DNA of 64,000 nucleotides, taken from the NCBI GenBank assembly GCA_030390025.1, contig CM059432.1, positions 52,826,001 through 52,890,000 of the forward strand. Reading direction: 5' to 3'. Position 1 is the first letter of the stretch, and every line of letters begins with the position of its first letter. This DNA is from Squalus acanthias. Taxonomy: Eukaryota. A program made the translations under genes and the position numbers. The notes beneath the pieces are model-generated. The model saw only the letters and a program-made list of their open reading frames with translations, was not told the origin of the DNA and made no database searches. Positions 1-11,700 of the stretch are shown one piece after another.

Positions 1-633
1 TCATACCCTTTCAACACCGGAGGCTGACAGATCCTTCCAGAACCACAAGGACACAAGGACTTTCATTCCCATAGGTCATCCTCCCCACCCCATCCTGAAA
101 TTGGCAACACTACAAATGCCGAGGTGAAACCAGAATAACTTTGGTGTAGGCCAAAGTAACCCCCAGCACTATCCACCACCCAGAAACACTGCAACACTCC
201 TAATGCAAGACTCAACTGTTTCAGTCCATAATACCCCACCAGGGCAACAGCACCCAAGTGGTGAACACATCCGTCCTTGGACAACCACAATAATGCTTCA
301 GGCCAAGCCTAAAACTCCAAATACTTTCCCCAGAACTCTCCATGTGTGGCACAGGAACTGTGACCTCAGCTCCGCTGCAACCTGCTGAATAACCTTACCT
401 AAATTTCTGAACTTAAACAACCAGAACCAACCCACAGGTAATGCTCCAAGTCCGGGTAAGACCATCATTTCTCTGTATAAATTTATGTATAGCAGCTGAA
501 AATAAACTGTTGCTGGGCGACTTTCTCCATTAGTTATCACAAAGTATTCATGTACGCATTGGCCCATTAACCAACACCAAAGCAGGCGGGAGGGAGAGTG
601 AGCACTAAATTGATCTTTGGTGACTCAGTAACA
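1..633 (+). mobile_element. Possible LTR 3' portion (truncated by window start)
   Basis: AATAAA near 501 and a ...GTAACA end, as in TG..CA LTRs, directly abutting a Penelope fragment; no internal genes visible. Confidence 0.25.
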
Positions 634-647
634 AAAAACTTTTGCAA

Positions 648-1195
648 AATCGTCGAGCAGAAACTGATAGCCAAGTTCCGCACCCATGAGGACGGCCTCA
701 ACCGGGATCTTGGGTTCATGTCACGCTACATGTAACCCCACCTGACGTAGAGTCATCCAGACTCGAGTCGTCGTTGGCTTGTTCTCTCTACACAGATGCG
801 GCCGGACCTGCTGTGATTTCCAGCAAAAAAAAGTTTTTTGTTTTCCATACAGACTCCAGCATCTGCCACATTTAACCCCTTGTGACCCCACCTCATTGTC
901 TTTGATGTAATGTTTTCCTGACTGACCTGTTTGGACACCATCCACACCTTTGATTGCCGTGATTATCTCTCTGCCGAGGTGTGATAAAGGGCAGTTAGAA
1001 AGATTAACTGTAATCATCTGGCAGTGTTCTCTGACTATATATGCTGTGCCTATATGCATCTCTTCACTTCACCTGACGAAGGAGCAGCGCTCCGAAAGCT
1101 TGTGATTTCAAATAAAGCTGTTGGACTATAACCTGGTGTTGTGCGACTTCTCACATTTGTCCACCCCAGTCCAACACCGGCATCTCCACATCATT
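648..1195 (+). mobile_element. Penelope-like retroelement 3' end (endonuclease C-terminus plus pseudo-LTR)
   Basis: Reads EQKLIAKFRTHEDGLNRDLGFMSRYM*, a typical Penelope GIY-YIG C-terminus (GLN motif), followed by a 3' region with a hammerhead motif and AATAAA. Confidence 0.8.
1069..1105 (+). ncRNA. Minimal type I hammerhead ribozyme motif (Penelope-associated)
   Basis: TCAC-CTGACGA-A-GGAGC(agc)GCTCC-GAAA-gc-TT-GTGA: catalytic boxes, 5-bp stem II, 4-bp stem I, palindromic AAGCTT stem III region. Confidence 0.75.
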
Positions 1196-2599
1196 TCTGC
1201 AGGAAACCTATCTTGCACACATAGAACATGCAAAGTTCAGATGATTGGGTAAGTCAAAAATGGGTGGCCTCATTCTCTTCAAAAAGCACAAGTGTCACCG
1301 TCCGAAACAAGTCTTCACATTGGATCAGGCTCTTTCCAGGGAACGTAGCCTTTCCATACTAATGTACAAAATAGCATGGGAGCTATTTTACACTGTAAGA
1401 TCTCTATGTCTCTAACATACTCCCACAGCAGTATTCCTCACACTTGCATCTACCTGCAAGTATTGTGAAATGTGTACTGTAGCATGTATACTATTTGAAA
1501 GTATGTCCTAAGTGTGTGTAAAATTTCTGTACGAAATAAAATTAGGAAGAAAATGATTGATTCAGCAGCATTATTGCCAGTGCCCTCCAATTGGCTCTTT
1601 AGTTGCATTAGTTGCAACAACCCTTACAGAAAATGCAGAGTAGGTATGTATTCCTGTGAGCACAGTACTACTAAATGAGAGGGCAAAATAACACATTTAA
1701 TGAGCTCTCAGTGATCTAAAAAGAAATTCACCATAAAGTCTAAGTTAAAACATGGTACTAATCAAGGCAGAAATCTCAAAAATTCAATTACCTGCCACGA
1801 GGGGTCTCCGTGAATATATTCCTCTTTTTCTAGACCAATGTATAAGGGCTGTTGTAGCATTCTTCTTGAATTCAAATGTATAGCATTAAGTATCAGAATA
1901 AAAGTAAGATCTCTCTGCTACAAATGCCATTTAAGGATTAATGGGCATGCCCCTCCCCATACCCTGCCTGATTTAATCACCTGTTAATCAGCTTTTGGCC
2001 TCCAAATATATAAAATATTCAATTTGCTAAATATAGCTCATAATTAGTTATGTTCATCGACTGTGCTGACAAGTTGTTTCATGCATCTCATCCCACACCC
2101 ACCCCCAAATGAGCTCAGCTAAGGAAAATCTGAATTCCATTTACTTTAAGTCAGCTGCAGCAACACTGGAGAAGACGTGTACACGTTAAGTAGTCAGCAC
2201 TGTACCGCACTTGCTACATACTGCCACTCTTCCAGGTGCAATAAAGTTGCACTTGCATGTTTCTTTGACGTAGGATGCAGAAAGACAAAAATATCAAACT
2301 GATACTTCAGTAATTAGTAAATTAAAGGACAGGCCTTGTAGAAAGAATGTAGCCATGTCTTGTCAAAAAGTCCTTGGAAATTTACATGTCACTTTTGTCC
2401 TTCTAGCTGGGTCTTTGCAGACTTCTAAACATATGGTTCCACAATCACTGCTAGTGAGGTGTAAACTGTACAAGCTAAGGATAATAAAACGCTGAACCCT
2501 GACAAAATAAGCTCTATCCATAAACTAGAATTTTATGATGCATCACCACTTGAAAAACAGTAATCAATTACTTAATTTCCCTCAATAAACAGCTTGGAG

Positions 2600-4225
2600 A
2601 TTGTTTTTTTATTCGTTTATGGGATGTGGGCGTTGCTGGCAAGGCCAGCATTTATTGCCTATCCTTAATTGCCCTTAAGAAGGTGGTGGTGAGCTGTCTT
2701 CTTGAACCGCTGCAGTCCATGTGGTGAAGGTACTCCCACTGTGCTGTTAGGGAGGGAGTTCCAGGATTTTGACCCAGTGACGATGAAGGATTGGCGATAT
2801 ACTTCTAAGTCAGGATGGTGTGTGACTTGGAGGGGAACTTGGAGGTGGTGGTGTTCCCGTGCGCCTACTGCCCTTGTCCTTCTAGATGGAAGAGGTCGCG
2901 GGTTTGGGAGGTGCTGCCGAAGAAGCCTTGGCGAGTTGCTGCAGTGCATCTTGTAGATGGTACACACTGCAGCCACGGTACGTCGGTGGTGGAGGGGGTG
3001 AATGTTTAAGGTGGTGGATGGGGTGCCAATCAAGCGGGCTGCTTTGTCCTGGATGGTGTCGAGCTTCTTGAGTGTTGTTGGAGCTGCACTCATCCAGGCA
3101 AGTGGAGAGTATTCCATCACACTCCTTACTTGTGCCTTGTAGATGGCGGACAGGCTTTGGGGAGTCAGGTGAGACACTCGCCGCAGAATACCTAGCCTCT
3201 GACCTACTCTTGTTGCCGCAGTATTTATGTGGCTGGTCCAGTTAAGTTTTTGGTCAATGGTGACCCCCAGGATGTTGATGGTGGGGGATTCGGCGATGGT
3301 AATACCATTGAATGTCAAGGGGAGGTGGTTAGACTCTCGCTTGCTGGAGATAGTCATTGCCTGGCACTTCTGTGGCACGAATGTTACCTGCCACTTACCA
3401 GCCCAAGCCTGAACGTCGTCCAGGTCTTGTTGCATGCGGGCATGGACTGCTTCATTATCTGGAGTTGTGAATGGCGCTGAACACTGTGCAGTCATCAGCG
3501 AATATGCCCATTTCTGACCTTATGTAGGAGGGAAGGTCATTGATGAAGCAGCTGAAAATGGTTGGGCCTAGGACACTGCCCTTAGGAACTCCTGCAGCGA
3601 TGTCCTGGGGCTGTGATAATTGACCTTCAACCACCACAACCATCTTCCTTTGTGCTAGGTATGACTCCAGCCAGTGGAGCGTTCCCCCCCCCCCCCCCCC
3701 CCCCCCCACCCGATTCCCATTGACTTCAGTTTTACTCGGGCTCCTTGATGCCAGACTCGGTCAAATGCTGCCTTGATGTCAAGGGCAGTCACTCTCACCT
3801 CACCTCTGGAATTCAGCTCCTTTGTCCATGTTTGGACCAAGGCTGTAATGAGGTCAGGAGCCGAGTGGTCTTGGCGGAACCCAAACTGGGCATCAATGAG
3901 CAGGTTATTGGTGAGTAAGTGCTGCTTGATAGCACTTTCGATGACACCTTCCATCACTTTGCTGATGATTGAGTAGACTAATGGGGCGGTAATTAGCCGG
4001 ATTGGATTTGTCCTGCTTTTTGTGGACAGGACATACCTGGGCAGTTTTCCACATTGTCGGATAGATGCCAGTGTTGTAGCTGTACTGGAACAGCTTGGCT
4101 AGAGACGCGGCTAATTCTGAAGCACAAATCTTCAGCACGATAGCCAGGATGTTGTCGGGGCTCATAGCCTTTGCTGTATCCAATGTGCGCAGCCATTTCT
4201 TGCTATCACGTGGAGTGAATCGATG
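2600..4225 (-). mobile_element. 5'-truncated non-LTR retrotransposon (CR1/L2-group) RT to 3' end, frameshifted
   Basis: Fragments [43 protein letters not shown], ending HHHLLKGN*, then a 3'UTR with A-rich tail. Confidence 0.92.
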
Positions 4226-4597
4226 GTTGGGAATTTGAGGTGACATAGTAGCAGTGACTTGGTCCTTTCAATTGGGATTAAAATTAGTAATTGTATGAAG
4301 AGGACACATCAATGACTGGTATGCTAAATGGAAAAAATCGAATTGGTGCAGTTGTAGGTGGCTGTATGAGGTGAAATTCCAGTATATTGCTGAGGTACTA
4401 AGTGAATTTTACTCTATGACAGTTCTACCTACCCGGGAAATGTCCGAATCAGACTAAGTGGCCAAAATGGAAAATGTTCTAATCCCTGGCACGGACATTC
4501 CCCAATTCTGATAAATGCAAATTAAAGACGCCCTCAGTCTGATGATTGCATATGTTAAAAACTGGTAGTCTTGGAGGCAGCTATTAACGTAGAATTA

Positions 4598-4886
4598 CAG
4601 TAAACTCTTGTTTAAACGGCACTTTATCATCCGGAATACTTTAATAACCGGCAAAATAGATATATCTCAATACAAAACACCTCAATAACCGGTAATCTTG
4701 CCGATTCTACCATACATTTAACGGAACATTCTGTAGGTGAGTACCCAATTATACAGTACATTTCTTGATTTTTTATTTTTGTTTGTTAAAAATTGCCTTG
4801 GTAGGTATACCTCTCTGTTATCCAGAATTTTTCATCAACCGGCACCATCCTGGTCCCAAAGGTGCCGGATAAGAAAGAGTTTACTG
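4598..4886. mobile_element. Tc1/mariner (Tigger/pogo-like) MITE
   Basis: TIRs CAGTAAACTCT...AGAGTTTACTG with TA on both sides. Confidence 0.85.
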
Positions 4887-6221
4887 TACACAGAAATTAC
4901 AACACAGAAACAAGTGGCTTGGGTCCAACCAGTCTACATTGATGTTATTATCCACGTGAGTAGTAATCCTAACCCTATTCCTTCAACCATCTAGAATTTC
5001 CTGAAACCGCAAGAATTGGCATATGCCGGAAATGTATTTGTCTTGTGTCCCAATTTCGCAGTTGTGAAGTTTCTCAAATTTCCTGGATTTCTAATTAGAA
5101 TATGCCAGTGTCTGGAATTCCCTCCCTAAATCCCTCTTCTCAAGACCCTCCCTAAACTTCAACTCCATGACAAAGTTTTTTGATCACCTCTTCTGCTATC
5201 TCCTGAGGCAGATTTAATTTTCCACATTTCTTAAGCAATCTTGGGAAATTTTTCTATATTAAAAGGCAATATATAAATGCAAGATGTTGCAAAATACAAG
5301 GAATTAAACAGTTATTGGGAATCATATAACAATCAGTTGAGGATAACTAAAATGAGCATCAGAAGCATCAGGACAATAGAAAGACAGTTTGTAGATATAG
5401 CAGCAACTCAGCCCCAAAATTATCTTCTTGGCTATGCAAGTAGTATATGGCATGTTAAAGAATGAATAGGCTTCAAAAGGAATGAGAGGATCAGGAAATG
5501 CCAGATGTGTCAATTGAATTCTTCACATCAGTCTTTTGCTGTCTATAGACAAATTCTGGATCTAGTCACTGACTCACAAATTTGTCATACAAGAGGCCCA
5601 GTATCTTAAGAAACTTGAATGTAAGATTCCATTTTTCGACTGACAGGCGTTAAGGCACATCAGATGGTTTTGTGGCACTATGTACACTTACTACTCAGCT
5701 GTTAAAGCTGCATATTCTTCAATTACAGGATGGCAGTAAGACGCTCAACCATCTGGATGCAATAATCACTTAAGGGCCTACAACAGGAAAAAATGAAACA
5801 GATTTCCTCTATAAAAAAAGTGTGGGGGAAATATATTATCAGAGTTGATGAGAAATGGCAATTGTTTTACAAAAAAGCAACAGGTCCAGATTCTTGGACC
5901 ATGAGGTGGACCTGATTGCAGAGGAGGGTGTGCCTATGTAATATTCAATATTTTGAAAGGGCATTCATTCTGAAAATCCATGCACCAGGAGGGAGGTCTG
6001 GAAAGAAGCTACACAGCAGTTGAATATGATCTCTCAGCTGGTAAATCAGGATGTGGTTCAATAGATAGGAAGAAAATGATTAAGATTGTATTCAACTATC
6101 AATCCAGGACAACGATCAGCAGGGTTAAAAAATTAAAGTGAAAGGATGGATACATATTTGGGAATTTTTTGAGCTATGGGAGTAGTTAAACATTTTGAAT
6201 AGCTTCTCAGATTAGATATAT

Positions 6222-6500
6222 CCGTCTTTTGGATGAGACAATAAACCTGCTCTCTCAGGTGGATGTAAAAGATCTCATGGCACTATTTGGAAATTATCCC
6301 CCGTGTCCTGGCCAATATTTATCCCTCAATCAACATCACTAAAAAAATTATCTGGTCATTATTACATTGCTGTTTGTGGGAGCTTGCTGTGCGCAAATTG
6401 GCTGCTGCATTTCTTACAACAGTGGCTACACTTCAAAAAGTACTTCATTGGCTGTAAAGCACTTTGGGATGTAAAAGGCTCTATATAAATGCAAGTCTTT
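6222..6500 (+). mobile_element. Deu-domain SINE, 5' truncated
   Basis: ccgtcttttggatgagac...caggtggatgtaaaagatc...L2-like tail gtaaagcactttggga...ctatataaatgcaagt; homologous to 11718-12165. Confidence 0.8.
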
Positions 6501-6999
6501 CTTTCTAGATATGTAGATTAGAATTAGATAAAAGGAGTGGAGTCCATGATTGTTTAGATGTCATTTTCAAAGGAGGAATGAACTGATGAAACAAATAGTG
6601 TGGTCTTGTTCCATTAAATCAGATTACCACAAACAGAACTGCTCAACATTCAAGGATAAAAAGATCAGTGATTATTTGCACAAACAAGTTTGAGTCGTTC
6701 TGCACATGTGCACCTGTATGGAAGGGAAGGCCAGGAGGTCGGGTGGAGGGAAGGCCAGGAACTTGTTTGGGGGGAACATGGAGAGAACAGTGGGGATGGG
6801 GGAAGAACATGATCCAGGTCTAAGGTGTGGGTTATTGAGAGCGAGAACGTGATCCAGATGGGAAGACTAATCACGTTCTCCCTCCTCTGTTAGATGTGAA
6901 TCACGTTCTTACAACTCCACCTCGACGCCGTTTACACCTGCACCCCACGTTCTCCCTCTCCTCCCCCCTAGACATGGATCACGCTCTTGACCACGAACC

Positions 7000-7330
7000 G
7001 TAGTGAGCTGATTTCTCGGAAAGCCCAGCGCGTGTGCGGCAAGTGACATCATTGGAGTGGTTGAAATCCGGAAGTCATGACACCGTCACTATTCACTTCG
7101 AACCCAATAAACCGGTTAACAATCCGTGACCCACACACAATGCCCCATCAGTCACCATAGCTCTCACCCAGAGTGTTTAGTTTGACGGAGTAATTAGCGA
7201 CTGTGTGGGTACTTCTGGTTTTCGGTTGACCTGTGATGTCATCCTGCGCAGGAGCTGGGCCACTCTGTCATTCTCAGCGCCTGCTAAAAATCTAGTGCTG
7301 TCACTTGCCATGATGTCACCCTCACCTGTT
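7000..7330. promoter_or_regulatory. Small CpG-enriched, promoter-like patch
   Basis: Local CpG enrichment with CCGGAAGT (ETS-like), TGATGTCA/TGACATCA (CRE-like), TGCGCA and CCAAT; no TIRs or TE homology recognised. Confidence 0.3.
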
Positions 7331-7552
7331 CTCCTTGAATAAAATGTGCCTCACTTAACCAACCTTGCAGCTCAAATTAAGTAAAATAGTCAATGCTGTG
7401 GATTTGTCAAATTCTTGCATCGCCCATTCATGGGGTCACATTTTTGAAGGTGTCCACAAGTCAATTCGAACTTAGCATGGTGAACAGCTCAACAGTGTGC
7501 AGGTGTTGCCTGATGGAACCATTGCCGATTCCTACTATCACTCTGCTGATTC

Positions 7553-7748
7553 AAAAACAAAAAACTGCAGATGCTGGAAATCTGAAATAAATTGTTGGAA
7601 AAACTCAGCAAATCAGACAGCATTTATGCAAAGAGAAACAGAGTTAACATTTCACGTTCTGATGAAAGGTTATTGACCTGAAACATTAACTCTGCTTCTC
7701 TCTCCACAGATGCTGTCTGACTTGCTGAGCATTTCCAGCATTTTATGT
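7553..7748 (+). mobile_element. Palindromic Penelope-type pseudo-LTR remnant with central hammerhead motif
   Basis: Inverted arms of about 60 nt (7591-7653 and 7680-7742) around GTT-CTGATGA-A-AGGT(tattg)ACCT-GAAA-cat-T-AAC. Confidence 0.7.
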
Positions 7749-8214
7749 TGTATCACTCAACTGATGACTGGGAGGATGTTGACAGGCCAACGTGGCCATG
7801 TGAGAGTTATCTTGCTTGTCTAGGTGACCCTCCACATTAACAGGTAGATGCCACTATCGTGGCTGCACTGGAGCAGCTTGACTCGGGGAGCTTGCCTGTG
7901 ACAATGACCTGGATCAAATTGCACATTGTAGAAACCTTCAAATTATTCTCCAGCAGGCAGGATCAAATTACACATTCGAGACAAACTGTTGGGTGTGTCT
8001 TGTCCTCCAAGGGGACCAATAAAAAATATGGTCCAATCCACTGGTGTTGCAAATAAATGCAGCCTAAAAAGATTAGGAAAGCAATGACACTTGTTCTAAG
8101 CAGTTGATGTTTCAGGAAATTGGTGTTTCATAAAATGTGTGCGCCATTTGGTTAAAAAAAGTAAGATTTCATTTTGGAGTATGCTTAAGGAAAATAACAT
8201 CTAATTATAGAGGC

Positions 8215-8220
8215 TTTATT
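8215..8220 (-). terminator. Candidate polyadenylation signal AATAAA for SMCHD1
   Basis: TTTATT on the + strand about 390 nt downstream of the stop, at the end of an AT-rich 3'UTR-like stretch. Confidence 0.5.
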
Positions 8221-8609
8221 TCTTGCTCCGTGACAAACAAAGTTCAGTAAACTTTTGAAAAAAGCTTTTAAAAATAAAAAATACAAAGTTGAATGTACAA
8301 AATTAAGCTTTTAAATTTAAATAACTACAAATGAACATATTATCTACCAACAAACGTTTTTTTTATATATTTGCGACTGTTGGATAGAAATCTCTCTGTA
8401 GAACATTCATACTTTGTTCAATTTTTCTTTCAGACTATATACATATCTGCTTAACAGTAATTCTATTTCTTCCAACTCTCATCTATTTAATAAGATATAT
8501 TTCCCTGTGTGAAGCTTGAGAAAATTCTTTTAGTAAAACATATTTGCTTATGAGTTTAATAACAGAATTTTTCAGAGGAAAATATACCCCCAAAACATCT
8601 ACATTTGTT

Positions 8610-8715
8610 CTAAGCCTTTCTTTTCCGTGACAAAGTACTTCCATTTGTGTCTAATCCAGATCCTGAAGGTGGCTGCTGTGATTTCCTCAAAGGTGTTGAA
8701 ACCCATTCTTCTGCA
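8610..8715 (-). CDS. SMCHD1: SMCHD1 last coding exon (106 nt): [34 protein letters not shown]
   Basis: ttttttcccctttaaaacag|T acceptor in correct phase after a 138-nt intron; open to TAG; followed by AT-rich 3'UTR-like sequence. Confidence 0.8.
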
Positions 8716-11700
8716 CTGTTTTAAAGGGGAAAAAAGTTTAATTACCTACTGCCATTTCATAAAAATGAAAGTTTCTAGCAATAATTGAATCATCCTAATA
8801 AATGTGGGTAAATGGGATGACAATTTTTTTTTTTAATGGCTTTGATAACATACCTATATGTTTTCTTTGCACTTTCTCTTCTCATTCTTTTGCTTGGAGT
8901 CTGCCCATCAGAGAAATCTAAAGCCAGTGTTTTAGGACTGCAGGCAGAGGTTCCTCCTGTTGGAGTCATACCTGTATACAGATATAAGGTAATCAGCATA
9001 ATTGACAATATGTTTGGCACCTTAAGGGTAATACCAACTATTGCAATGTGTAATCCAGAATTACATGGTCCATTGTACTGTACTAGAACACAAACAGACT
9101 GGACATCAGGAAAATTGCCACAGATTTGCAGCTCCTTCCCAGTTGTATTTTTTTTAAATAATCAAAACGTAATGTTCTACCAACATTTTCTTGTTTGTTA
9201 GCAGCTAAACATAACCTAAAACATATTGAAACATTGCGATTTTGGTGGTGTTCTAAAACATTTCAAATTTAATTATTCATTGTTTGGCAGATTTAACCAG
9301 TCAGCCAAATAGACAAAAATAACTTGTACCAAAAAAAACCTGTAAAACTTTGCATTCTTCTGAAGCTGATTTTTTAATATGGTGCTTTAGAATAAATTAA
9401 CTGAATAATTAGTAACTAGTTATGGAAAGCAATGGTATTTACGGTTTAGCACATTATCACAGCTGCAGTGATTTTAGACTGTCCAGAGGACAGATGATAG
9501 GATGACTATAATGCCCATCTATTATGCTGAGGTTGGACTGGAAGTGTGCTGGACCATTTTTTTTAGATGAAGATATACCTTTATTTAAAAAAAGGTACTC
9601 TTAATTCCTACACAACCAACCTGAATCACTAATCCTCAACCCTCTTCCTATATTCACTAATCTGCTTTAATGTCTGCCAGAATTCTCTTAATGGTCTCTG
9701 GTTTCTTTTACTCTATCTCTTGATGTTCTGAGCCTCTTCCTTACACATCCTCTTCAAAATTTTTCCTTCCCTATCTGCACCTTCCCATAAGTGCATTATA
9801 CTTAACTGCACACAATTAAAAATCAAAAGAGTTACTGCCATCCTCTGGAGAGGGAGCAGAGTACAGGCTGGTTCAGTGCTCACTTGGCAAGAGGACTTGA
9901 TTGCAGGGTACTCTGAATTAACTCACCAAGCCATCAGGGAAGCTTACATGAAAAACATTGCTATGCTTTTTTATATAAAACTTTAGGAGTCCTAAATTAT
10001 TACAGTTTGAAACAAGGGTGCCAAGGTTCAAATCTCTGATATTCTACTCAGGAGTTTTTTGGTTAAAACAAAATGTTTAGAAATGCATAACCTAAAATAA
10101 ACTGTTTAAAATAAAGTTTAAATAATTCAAACCAAGGCAAAACTGGATGCTGCAAGATGGTCGATAGCGATAATACCCAATCATGAAAAAGAACTCAATG
10201 GATAGAGAAATAAATTAACTTCATAAAACTCCATTCCTGTCATGATCTGATAAACATAGTTAAGTTTACAGTGCCTATTTAAAAAACTACACAGAAACAT
10301 GGGGGAAGTCTTGAGAAGTTGGCCTATAAAGGCGAGGCTAACAAATGAGGTGGGGAGAGATGTATCCAAATGCAATCTCAAAATTCTGATCCATAACATG
10401 ATCCCAAATTCACCAGTTTTACCTTCCAACATAATTTGGCCAATTACATTGCCTAATTTCAGACAACGGTTTATTTTAGAAAGATAGAAAATTCTGGAAA
10501 TGGGCTTTTTTAGATCTGTAGTTTATAGAAGTGCTGGTACAATCAAAACCTTGGTCAAAGCATATGTAACTAGTTTCCCAAGAAACTGCATCAAGATTCA
10601 ATTGATAGGGATAGAGTAAAACTACGTTCTCCTTTAATCATTCACATGGGGCAGAGAAATAATTTCTTGATATAGAGAACATTCATGTAAAGCAGGCACT
10701 TTGGTACTGGAAGTGCTTTGAACCCTTTGTTAAAGGGACAAAGTTCAATTAAAATCAACCACACAAAAGCTTAATTACATCAGTTTTAAGTCATTGTTTG
10801 GATGCTGCCCCCCCCCCCACAGATATAGATGTAGAGTCTAGAAAACAAAGAAATGTAGTGCAAATCTGATTCCCGAGAAGCAAGTTTTATAAAAAAGCAA
10901 AGATATGTTTGCATGTAAGCTTCTCTGATGGCTTGGTGAGTTTATCCAGAAAGTAGCTAGAGTTAAACAGACCAGGAGGATGCCCAGTCTGCAGCGAGTT
11001 GCTCAAACCCAGGTCTGTGCTGAATTAGTTGATCTCAGCTGAGCAGCGGTAGAGGCAATAAGAGTTGGTCTGTGATTAACGCTGTAGTTGCACAGCCTGT
11101 TGCTGCTCACCATTAAGGCTCACACATGAATAATGACCACTTTGGTAAAGAACTGAAGGAGCCGGGGTGGGGGGACACACACACACGACAGCTGCACCCA
11201 TGGAAGGGAGTGGATACCTATGCAGCTGGAAACATTGGCTTGAAGATACCGGAGTGGCAAAGTAGGATTCTCCCTGCTTTTTAACGGAGCAGTAGGATGG
11301 GGAATTATCTGACCTCTGCTTGGCAGCTCACTACACAGCAACACATCTGATACTGGAGACACAAGCTCACATCCTACCATTCCGTGGTGAGACTCAGTGG
11401 CGGTCCAACGTGTTCTATCACACAATAGGAGATGTAGTAAAAGCACAAAGAATCAGATGTGGCTGTTACGTTGCTCAAATCTGAGCCAGCTTACATACTG
11501 TAAACATTTTCCCATAATAAAATCTTTACAATCACTATCATAATTTTTAGTGAGCTCCTTCAATGTTTACTAATAATCTGGTCAGACGCACAAGCATTAT
11601 AAATACTGGTTACTCGCCTACAGTTTGATAAAACCAGAGATATAAAAAAGTTTTAAAAAAATCTATGATTAATAACTACTTAATACACAGGCCCACCTTT

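Noticed and set aside
8836..9201. 121-aa plus-strand ORF with a hydrophobic, signal-like N-terminus
   Set aside because: Antisense to an SMCHD1 exon; hydrophobicity comes from the complement of purine-rich codons; no other support
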